64,000 nt of DNA. Source: a virus. Taxonomy: Duplodnaviria > Caudoviricetes. The notes under the pieces are model-generated. The model made no database searches and had not been told where the DNA came from. It worked only from the letters and a program-made list of their open reading frames with translations. Shown here piece by piece: positions 29,069 to 38,060 of this stretch (its first letter is position 1; every line of letters begins with the position of its first letter). A program made the position numbers and the translations under genes. The DNA lies in IMG/VR virus record IMGVR_UViG_3300036985_003045; one strand, 5' to 3'.

Positions 29069-31056
29069 TAATAGATTTCCTGTAAAAGAACTGTACTAGT
29101 TGCTACTTCATAATTATTCTGACCGGATGCAGTTATTGATCTATTCAAATAAAATGTCCGTGAAGCTACTCCTGCCGATTGTATCATTAATTTATATATA
29201 AGTGCATAACCAGAGGCACAATTAGGACTATCCATATACATATAATGATTAGTTCGTGGGGTTGAGTCATTATCATTATCATATCCTGGTAACCAAATAC
29301 CTGACCAATAACCTGTATCTGTCGTATTTCTTCCAATTTCTACATCAGCACCGCCAGCAATTTCTCTAAATAATCTAAAAACTGTATCATGATGTACTTC
29401 AAATGAAATATTAAATTGAACTAATATTTTACTTGATGCATAAGAAGTTGTTATAGCAGTGTTTAATACATTAATGATTGTTCCAAGATTACCAGCTGTT
29501 GCAAATACATAAGTTGCTTTAGTATCAACTTTATTAGATACTGTTTGTACAACCATCCCGGTAGCTTTTGCTGAATACCAATTAGTTCCATCAGATCTTA
29601 ATATTCTTTTAGTAGCACCAGGAGCAATAGTACCTATGCTATTTGCACCATTACCAACTATTAATCCATTATCTAAAATACTTGTTAGTCCAGTTCCACC
29701 TTTAGTTACCGGTAATGTACCTATAGTATCTGGTGAGGCTATATCAAGAACATCCCAAGAAGCAGTAGTACCATTAGTTTTTAAATATCTACCTGAAAAT
29801 GTAGTCTGAGGAGGTACATATGATGGAGTTATATATGTTAATGCTGTTCCAGTTGATGTTAATACTTGTCCATTTGTACCTATAGTAGTTCTTCCAGTTC
29901 CACCATCACCTGTAGTTAATGCAGTTACTAATGAAATACTTGTCGCGCTTATAGTAGTTACACCAATACTAGTAATACCGGATAATGATCCACCTGTAAT
30001 TGAAATATTATTTGAATTCTGTGTAGCAATTGATCCTAATCCAAGAGAAGTTCTAGCAGTTGCTCCTGATTCTATTTGCCAAGTAGTACCTGTACCTACA
30101 ATAAAACTTGATTCGGTAAATGCTAATGCTGCCAAAGTAGATAATTTAGCATTATAGGCTTGTACATGTGTACCTATAACCAATCCTAAATTTATCTTAG
30201 CATCTGTAGAATTAGTAGCTCCTGTTCCACCTTGGCCAATAGCTAACTCAGTTCCTAATACTAATTGAGGTATAGTTATGCTATAAGATCCACCACCATT
30301 TGAAAAAGTTAAATTTGAATTCAAGTGCCAAGTTTTATTTCCAGTACCACTATAGATATCACCATCATTTAAATATAAACTATAATTTGTAAGACCATTT
30401 TTAGCAGAACCATACAAACCTATATTAGAACCACTTGCGTGAGTATCACTTGAATATCCTTTAACTCCAATTGCTCTTCCTGAGGCACTACTTATATTTA
30501 CATGAGCTTCACCTATTAAACCAATACCTGTACATCCTCCACTAGTATATCCTATACCATAAGCACCTACGCCGTACGCTATAATATTAGCAGTTCCTGA
30601 AGGAGTTCCGGCATTAGCAATAGATAACGTAATTACATTTGTTCCAGTATTAATATTTGTTATGATAGCTTCACTAGCTACTCCAGTTGCAGAAACAACT
30701 TGACCAATATATATTCCTGTTACATCACTAAGTGTAATAGTAGTTCCACCGGATGAACCTGCAATAATAGTTTTAGCTAAAAAAGATCCTGTTTTCTCTG
30801 ATACTAAACCAATATTATGTGATTCATTTTTTTGAATACCAGACGCAACATCTGAAAATACAGTTACTGAATTTGGAAATCTTGTAGAATTTGCCTGACT
30901 ACCAATATATAAGTTTGTACCGCCTGTTTTTAATAGTCTTGTTTGTATATCAACATTTAAATTAATAAAGTTATTATCAACTTCAGCATTAGTCAATGTT
31001 GAATTTTTGACCGTTGCACCTGTTCCTGCAATTGATCGAGTAGTTATAGCAGCCAT
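29068..31056 (-). CDS. Tail fibre protein (662 aa)
   Basis: N-terminal ITTR...K.STLTNAEVDNNFINL; L.V..GGTG repeats; C-terminal VVQTVS...TTSYASSKILVQ receptor-type domain. Confidence 0.78.
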   Translation of the reverse strand: MAAITTRSIAGTGATVKNSTLTNAEVDNNFINLNVDIQTRLLKTGGTNLYIGSQANSTRFPNSVTVFSDVASGIQKNESHNIGLVSEKTGSFLAKTIIAGSSGGTTITLSDVTGIYIGQVVSATGVASEAIITNINTGTNVITLSIANAGTPSGTANIIAYGVGAYGIGYTSGGCTGIGLIGEAHVNISSASGRAIGVKGYSSDTHASGSNIGLYGSAKNGLTNYSLYLNDGDIYSGTGNKTWHLNSNLTFSNGGGSYSITIPQLVLGTELAIGQGGTGATNSTDAKINLGLVIGTHVQAYNAKLSTLAALAFTESSFIVGTGTTWQIESGATARTSLGLGSIATQNSNNISITGGSLSGITSIGVTTISATSISLVTALTTGDGGTGRTTIGTNGQVLTSTGTALTYITPSYVPPQTTFSGRYLKTNGTTASWDVLDIASPDTIGTLPVTKGGTGLTSILDNGLIVGNGANSIGTIAPGATKRILRSDGTNWYSAKATGMVVQTVSNKVDTKATYVFATAGNLGTIINVLNTAITTSYASSKILVQFNISFEVHHDTVFRLFREIAGGADVEIGRNTTDTGYWSGIWLPGYDNDNDSTPRTNHYMYMDSPNCASGYALIYKLMIQSAGVASRTFYLNRSITASGQNNYEVATSTVLLQEIY

Positions 31057-31092
31057 TAATTTATCCTGTTAACAGTATATTTGCTTATTTAC

Positions 31093-31332
31093 TTATTTAT
31101 TATTTATTAATGTTAGTAACATTTGTTTTATATCACTAATATCATTTTTCAATACCTGTATTTCATTATTTTGACGAGCAATCAAATCCCTTTGATATAA
31201 TTCCAAATTTCTTTTATTCATAAATTCATTATAACCATTATCCGAAGTGTTAATTATAGCACGGGACTCTACATCCCGTACTAAATCACTATTTCCTGTT
31301 ACTTTTAAATATTTCATATTATGCGCAAGCAA
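31093..31332 (-). CDS. Conserved T4-like hypothetical protein
   Basis: KVTGNSDLVRD..SRAIIN...EIQVLKNDISDIKQML; follows the DUF4815 gene. Confidence 0.65.
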   Translation of the reverse strand: MLAHNMKYLKVTGNSDLVRDVESRAIINTSDNGYNEFMNKRNLELYQRDLIARQNNEIQVLKNDISDIKQMLLTLINNK

Positions 31333-34300
31333 TAATTCTCAAATCTTTAATAGTTGGTACTGCACATGTATTTGTAGATTGCATTACTAACTTAACAGTA
31401 ACAGTATCAAATTGACCATTAGTTGAATGAATATTAACACTACCTTGAACAGTACTTTCATTAACTACAGACATTGTCAATGTAGATTGACCTGCAGTTG
31501 CGCCAGTACCATTAACAATATTTGTAATAACTGCTGCAGTACCAACACCTATACCTGTTACTAAAGCTCCAACTGAAACTCCTGTAGTTGTTGGAATTAC
31601 AATAGTACTTGCTCCAGATACTCCACTTATTGCATCAACCGTAATAATTTTATCAGTTTCTACATTATAATGATAATCTGTATATGTGAAATCACCTAAA
31701 TCATTTTTTATTACCGGTGTAGGAGGTTCTATTTTAATCCAATTTAAACCTTCAATATCACTTGATTTTACTGCTTTATAATATACAAATACATCAGAAC
31801 CTACAGGTACATTTGCAGCAAAATTTATTTTTAAAAATCCACAAACTTGATTAAGTATAATATTATTAGAAACATATTTACTAATAGTTGAACTTCCTGC
31901 AGGAGTAATTTCATCTTTGAACATTATTCTATTAACTAATGTAGTTCCAACTACTGAAATTTGGCTTACAAAATCTTTACCAATTACAAACATTTTTCCT
32001 GTGATACCATCATCAGTAATATGAGTTACAAGCAATGTACCATTATTATATGATGAAGTTGTTCCTGCAATAGTAACATATGATCCAATAGCAACTGCTT
32101 TTATATTATCTCTAAATGTTGCATTTGTACTACTAATAGAAGCGTGTCCATATAGCGTATCTGAAACTTTAGGACTAAAAGTTAAACCAGTTCCAGTAAA
32201 TACAGATACTTCATCAATTACAGCAACATTGGTAATACTTTCTGAAGGTTTATTAATTTTATTAGATACCAATATTGCACTAACCCTATGAGTATCAATA
32301 ATAGGAGATAAATTATCTTTTGTAGTTTTCATTTCTGCTGTAATAGTTAAAGGTTTTATTCCACCTAAACCAGCATTTGCTTCATTAACTTCAGATACTA
32401 TCATCCTTGGAGTATTAAAATAATTTAAATCATTTGAAACACATGGAACTGATGCGGCATCTAAAACATAAGGTGTTTGAGAACCATCAACAGATTTTCC
32501 AGATGCAGTTCTAATTTTATAATTAATACTAGTTTCAGGGAAATTTAAATTAGCAAATGAAGGTTGAATAACATCATATTGGATATTTTTAGATAATACC
32601 CATTCTTCAGTTGTACCTGAAGGTCCAGCATATCCAGAAGATGTAGCATTACCTCCAGCAGTAATTGTATATGAATCTGCATCGACATTTGATATGATTC
32701 TATCACCATTTAAATTAGCTGCGGTAATACCTTTTACAGTATTAACTATGCCACTAATTCTAACTGTGCTTCCTGAAGGCATACCATGATCTTGGTTCCA
32801 GATTCTAACAAGAGAAGATGCATTTGTTGTTTGAAAAGGATATGCATCAACTGAATCCGTTGTAATTTTAGTAGCTGGAATTACATCATTAATAAATTCA
32901 ACAGTACCTAATGCAGTTACATCAAATTTAGCTCTGTATACTGTAAATTTCATATCTTGCGTATCACACGGAGTCCATGATTGACCATTTTGTGATTTAT
33001 ACAATACACCTGCATAAGGTTGGTTGGTTACTGATTGAGAAGAATCTGGAATAGCATTACCCATTTCAGAAATCCAAACTCTATAAAGAATAGAATCACT
33101 TAGTAATACAATTGCATAATCCGTTAAATTTTGTACATACACTGGAGTTTTAAAAGTAAATGTGGTAGGTGTATCATATTTTGGATATGGTATTGGTACA
33201 ACACCCTCGCCTGTAACACTAACAATTGTTGAAGATAAATTAATTTTATCAGTCTCTAGTGTAACTTCACTACCAGGTAAAATAGTTGCACCTGGATATC
33301 CATTAACTGTATTACGGATTTGGAGAGTCACAGAAAGGCTAGGATCTTTTTTAGCAAAGAATATATCTACTTTTGTTAAGAAACAACCTCCAGGTTGATC
33401 TTTAATTGTAAAGGTTTGAGCAAGAGGATCATACCAACCCGTGCCTGTAACAACCCGTTCAGATGTTTCTGTAATAATCTGATTATCTTTTAAACGTTCT
33501 TGTACTAATATACCATTTCTTGTTGCAGTGTATGTTGCTTCCTTAGTTTGTAAAATTCCACTTGCTTCATATATATTACTGCCTCTAGAATCAAACGATC
33601 CTAGCGGAGTAGTAGTATCTTGAAGTTTAAATTCACGTTTACCTGTTCTAAATCTAACACTATCAGTATTAGGAATATCAAACAACAAACTAACACTACC
33701 ATTAAAACTAGTTGTTAATGAACTACCTAATACTTTAACTGTAGGTGTAGATGTTAATGTACCAGTAGCAAGACTTATATTTCCTTTTACAGTATCGCCA
33801 GATAAGAATGTAGTACCTTTAATATTAACTACAAATATTGATTTATGTCCAGTATCTGGATTATATTCTATATCAACTATAACCGCTGTTGCAGGACATC
33901 CTGCAGAATCTGGTGTTTGATATGAAGTAGCACCTCTTTGTGATACAAATATAATATCACCTTTTGTTAAACAAACTTGTGTATCACCATTTATTCTACG
34001 TTGAGTCCCTGAAGAATCTCCACCAACATTAGAAGTATGATCAAATATTCCACTAACAGAAGTTCCAAGATTTAGTTTTGTGGCAGGAGTACAATATTTA
34101 GATATATCTATATTTTCAAAAAATGGATAAAATCGTGTTCCTGGTTTTAAAGCTTTTGCTTGAATTAATACATTTCTAGATCTAATATATGGAATAACCG
34201 CAGTAGACACAATTCTGTCTTCTGTCAATTGAGTATCTACTCTAGCAACTAAGGTTGTATTAACACCTGTCCTAGATTGTCCTTTTGTAGTTGCAGTTGA

Positions 34301-37300
34301 AGTTGTAAGAGTATAAGAACCTGCATAAAGACTCCAATTACCACCTGTTGAAAAGTTTTCTCCTGTTAATCCTCGGGCTTGAGCTTGTTTAGCTAATTGT
34401 CCACCATAGGTATTAGTAATTACCGGTCTTCCAGACCATTGAGTTTGCCAAGCATTCCAAATAGTACCAAGAACGCCTGAATGTTCCGCTAATGCTTTAA
34501 TAGTATTATAATTACCTTCAACATTATTAATAATATCCGGCTTACGGTTTATTTCAAACCAATCATCTGATGATGGAGTTAATTCCATTTTGCCTAAGAA
34601 AGTAAAAATTGCAAATGGATTAATTCGTTCAGTTCTTGAACCTATAGTTTGTTCTGCAATTTTAACATGATCTACTACAGGTAATGTTATAATATCACCA
34701 TACATTTTATAACTGCTTGCCGTTCTAGCACCTTCAGTTTTATTTTTCTCAATTAAATTAATATTTTGCATTGTATAAAATGGTCGCAATTGATTATTTT
34801 CTTGATCAATTGCACATAAGTAATCAGGTGAGAACGTATTACCTACACCATGACCATTGAAACTATCTACAATAAATCCATTTTGGTATCTATCCAAACC
34901 TGAACTATCTGTTACTTTTAATGTAGTTGTTTCTTGTTCTAATAATGACAAAGCTGTATAATATTCTAAATTTTCAATACGTTTTTCTAGTTTACCTATA
35001 TCACGCATAGTATAGCGTTTATTTTCAGATTTTGTGAAAATAACATTATTAGTAGTAGTATCTAATGTATACGGAGCAATAGTTAATGAATACAACTCCA
35101 TACCAGTCGACAGAGCAATTGGTTGTAAAAGAGGTATATTTGGAGTACCTTTAACATTAACAAAATTACCTGTATAATTAAGATAGATTTTATCTAATCT
35201 AGGCAAATAATAATCATAATCTATATTTACATCAACTGCTCTTTTTGGTAAAAATGTAGTAGATGTCCATGAAGAACCATTATATGCTGGACGAAAATCA
35301 ATAGCATCTCTTAATGGGAATCCATCAAATGATGTAATTTCATTATATGATACTCCTGTATATGATTCAACAGTAAAATAATCTCCAGTACCATGTGCAA
35401 AATATTCAAAATATACTTGAACAGGAGCTGTAGGCGGAGAGAAAGATGATTTTAATGTTAAACGACTATAATCATAATGAGTTTCCCTTTGACCATCATC
35501 AAAATCATATCTATCTGAAATATCTATATCATAACCACCACTAGGAGCAGCAAATGTACCTGATTTCATGTTAATTGATAAAACTTTAAAAACATCAGCA
35601 TACCCTAGATTTAAAATCGAGGCTTGTCCTGTCGCAGCTGTAGTATATGATGTTTGAGTAATAGTTGCAGTCTTAGTTCTTCTAGTTGAAGTCGAACCAG
35701 TTTTATTAACTGCGGCAGATAAAACTGCACTTTGGGTATTATATGCACTATCTACATATATTGTTACTTGTGTTCCTGCAACAGTTATACCGGTAATTGG
35801 AACAACTGCTGATGGTGTAGATAATAGGTAATTTTCATACGCTGCAGAAGAAGCAAATTCGCCAGTATCTGTAGTATCAAATGTTACTTGACCGGCAGTT
35901 ATAGTTTTGGCAGCAAATCTTTCAAATACAGTATAATTAATATCAGATGAAGCTTTAATAAATGAATTTCGTAATGGGAAAATCAATCCTGAATTATTAG
36001 GTTCAACAATATCTGTAGACAATATTGAAAATACATTTCCCGTAAGAGCAGGCGAAAAAATTGAATCAATAGTTAATGACACATTGGATGCAATTGCAGT
36101 AACGCGTCTAACTTGTGAGGCACTAGAAATATAATCACCAATTTTTAATGATGAAAGAAAGTTTGTTCCACTACCAGCAATAGTTGTTGTTGAACCAGAT
36201 ATTGTTCCTGGTAATTTTTTTAAAATAGGACTAATATTAGCTGCAAATCCAGATGTACCAAATGATTTTGCATCTCCAGTTAAAGTTTTACCAACATTCA
36301 TAACAATATCAAATACAAATAATTTGTATATTGTAGTTGTTTGATATACTAAACCATTATCCCATTCAACACCTCTTACTTTGCAAGTACCGATTATAGA
36401 ACCGGCCTTATCAAGTTGATCATAAATGTTTATAGTTGTATTAACTTTATAATCTGGTATACCTAATAATTTTGTAACAAGAATATAATTACCAACTGTG
36501 GTAGGTGTTTTAGCATTATTTACAGAATTATATGTTCTTGCTTTATCTACATCTACAAATTCTGTAGATGGTTTTTGAATTTTATATCCATGAACATACG
36601 CTTTACCTGCTTCCATACCAATAGCAAGTTTTGCTTCATTACCAAAATTAGCATATGAAAGTGCTGCAGCATTTATACCACTATCACTTGTTATAATAAC
36701 ATTGGGATTAGACGTATATCCTGAACCTTGATTAATAACATCAATACCAATTAATTCGCCTTCACTATTAATTTTAGCTACGGCAGAAGCACCTGTACCA
36801 TTACCACCTGAAAAACTAATAGCAGGAGCAGTTAAATATCCAGAACCTTGTTGTGTTACTTGTATAGAAATTACAGAACCAAAGGAATCATATATACCTC
36901 TATTATAATTTGGCTTTGGTGTATATACCCATTGAACTCCAGTAGTTGTACCATCATATACTTTACCTACAATATGAGTTGGTCCTGTTGCCCCTGCTGA
37001 CGTGCCTGTATTTCTAGCGGTATACAATTTATCACTATTTAAAACAATATCACCTAATAAATACAATCTACCAGTTACCCAACTACTTCTGTCATTATTT
37101 CTATGTTCACGAACATCTATTCCAAAGGGAATAACAGTATAGTCTCCAGATTCATCATAAGTTCTTTCTGCTAGTGATTTTTCTAATTGTGCATAATCTG
37201 TACCGCTTTTTATGCTTATTATTCTACCGTTAATAACACGACCTAACTCAATAAAATTAGAATCAGTAGTTGTACCAATAGGTAGTTTTGTTAAAACTAA

Positions 37301-38020
37301 ATCTATACTATGCCTATGCGCACCAGGAGCAGCATAATTATAACTGTTTTGTGCATTATCTAATAACGACTCATCTTCATATTCACTAGTGATAGTTTCA
37401 TTAATAGTTAATCCAATTCTATAAGAAGGTATATTTGAATATTTGTCTAATATAACTGTTTGACTATCTGCTAAAACAAAAGATCCATTAATGTAATATA
37501 CACCTCTTGCTATAATACCGGCAGAACCCGTACCTACAGCATTTGTAGAGATAGATTGTACAGAATATGTTTCATCTACAAGTGATATTACTTCAGCATT
37601 ACCAAATGGAACAGAAGCTAAAGAAGTAGTATTAGATGTTATATACCGAACAAATAAAGTTGCTGGATCAGTATTATTATATTCAGTAGCATATACAACC
37701 TCTGCAGCAATACCACTTGTGGCACCTACAACTTGTTTACCTATAAAAGAAGCTATAAAATCATTTACATTAACTCCACTATAGGTAGGATCTATTTTTA
37801 CATAACTATATTTTGTGTCAATGGCAAATTCTCCAGGAATAACCATAGCGCCCTGCTTAAACATATGGTCGCCATGTCTTTTAACTTGAGTTTGGAGAAT
37901 TGTTTGAAGTTGTGTTAATTCTCTTGCTTGAACAGGATATCCTGGACGAAACAATATTTTATAGAATTTTTTATCTTCATTATAATCGTCGTAGTACGGT
38001 TCTGTATTAAAATCTAACAT
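31319..38020 (-). CDS. Large baseplate/tail structural protein (DUF4815 family)
   Basis: FNTEPYYDDY...FYKILFRPGYPVQARELTQLQTILQ; RYTMRDIGKLEKRIENLEYYTALSLLE; WYDPLAQTF; C-terminal VPTIKDLRIIA. Confidence 0.85.
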   Translation of the reverse strand: MLDFNTEPYYDDYNEDKKFYKILFRPGYPVQARELTQLQTILQTQVKRHGDHMFKQGAMVIPGEFAIDTKYSYVKIDPTYSGVNVNDFIASFIGKQVVGATSGIAAEVVYATEYNNTDPATLFVRYITSNTTSLASVPFGNAEVISLVDETYSVQSISTNAVGTGSAGIIARGVYYINGSFVLADSQTVILDKYSNIPSYRIGLTINETITSEYEDESLLDNAQNSYNYAAPGAHRHSIDLVLTKLPIGTTTDSNFIELGRVINGRIISIKSGTDYAQLEKSLAERTYDESGDYTVIPFGIDVREHRNNDRSSWVTGRLYLLGDIVLNSDKLYTARNTGTSAGATGPTHIVGKVYDGTTTGVQWVYTPKPNYNRGIYDSFGSVISIQVTQQGSGYLTAPAISFSGGNGTGASAVAKINSEGELIGIDVINQGSGYTSNPNVIITSDSGINAAALSYANFGNEAKLAIGMEAGKAYVHGYKIQKPSTEFVDVDKARTYNSVNNAKTPTTVGNYILVTKLLGIPDYKVNTTINIYDQLDKAGSIIGTCKVRGVEWDNGLVYQTTTIYKLFVFDIVMNVGKTLTGDAKSFGTSGFAANISPILKKLPGTISGSTTTIAGSGTNFLSSLKIGDYISSASQVRRVTAIASNVSLTIDSIFSPALTGNVFSILSTDIVEPNNSGLIFPLRNSFIKASSDINYTVFERFAAKTITAGQVTFDTTDTGEFASSAAYENYLLSTPSAVVPITGITVAGTQVTIYVDSAYNTQSAVLSAAVNKTGSTSTRRTKTATITQTSYTTAATGQASILNLGYADVFKVLSINMKSGTFAAPSGGYDIDISDRYDFDDGQRETHYDYSRLTLKSSFSPPTAPVQVYFEYFAHGTGDYFTVESYTGVSYNEITSFDGFPLRDAIDFRPAYNGSSWTSTTFLPKRAVDVNIDYDYYLPRLDKIYLNYTGNFVNVKGTPNIPLLQPIALSTGMELYSLTIAPYTLDTTTNNVIFTKSENKRYTMRDIGKLEKRIENLEYYTALSLLEQETTTLKVTDSSGLDRYQNGFIVDSFNGHGVGNTFSPDYLCAIDQENNQLRPFYTMQNINLIEKNKTEGARTASSYKMYGDIITLPVVDHVKIAEQTIGSRTERINPFAIFTFLGKMELTPSSDDWFEINRKPDIINNVEGNYNTIKALAEHSGVLGTIWNAWQTQWSGRPVITNTYGGQLAKQAQARGLTGENFSTGGNWSLYAGSYTLTTSTATTKGQSRTGVNTTLVARVDTQLTEDRIVSTAVIPYIRSRNVLIQAKALKPGTRFYPFFENIDISKYCTPATKLNLGTSVSGIFDHTSNVGGDSSGTQRRINGDTQVCLTKGDIIFVSQRGATSYQTPDSAGCPATAVIVDIEYNPDTGHKSIFVVNIKGTTFLSGDTVKGNISLATGTLTSTPTVKVLGSSLTTSFNGSVSLLFDIPNTDSVRFRTGKREFKLQDTTTPLGSFDSRGSNIYEASGILQTKEATYTATRNGILVQERLKDNQIITETSERVVTGTGWYDPLAQTFTIKDQPGGCFLTKVDIFFAKKDPSLSVTLQIRNTVNGYPGATILPGSEVTLETDKINLSSTIVSVTGEGVVPIPYPKYDTPTTFTFKTPVYVQNLTDYAIVLLSDSILYRVWISEMGNAIPDSSQSVTNQPYAGVLYKSQNGQSWTPCDTQDMKFTVYRAKFDVTALGTVEFINDVIPATKITTDSVDAYPFQTTNASSLVRIWNQDHGMPSGSTVRISGIVNTVKGITAANLNGDRIISNVDADSYTITAGGNATSSGYAGPSGTTEEWVLSKNIQYDVIQPSFANLNFPETSINYKIRTASGKSVDGSQTPYVLDAASVPCVSNDLNYFNTPRMIVSEVNEANAGLGGIKPLTITAEMKTTKDNLSPIIDTHRVSAILVSNKINKPSESITNVAVIDEVSVFTGTGLTFSPKVSDTLYGHASISSTNATFRDNIKAVAIGSYVTIAGTTSSYNNGTLLVTHITDDGITGKMFVIGKDFVSQISVVGTTLVNRIMFKDEITPAGSSTISKYVSNNIILNQVCGFLKINFAANVPVGSDVFVYYKAVKSSDIEGLNWIKIEPPTPVIKNDLGDFTYTDYHYNVETDKIITVDAISGVSGASTIVIPTTTGVSVGALVTGIGVGTAAVITNIVNGTGATAGQSTLTMSVVNESTVQGSVNIHSTNGQFDTVTVKLVMQSTNTCAVPTIKDLRIIACA

Positions 38021-38060
38021 GATTCTCTCTTTGTCCTAAAGGTATTGTTATCATTATTTA

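Noticed and set aside
19570-31056. Diversity-generating retroelement acting on the fibres (Mtd_N-like N-termini and repeats)
   Set aside because: No reverse transcriptase in the window; differences between repeat copies are synonymous rather than adenine-specific; the repeats are not at the C-terminal tips
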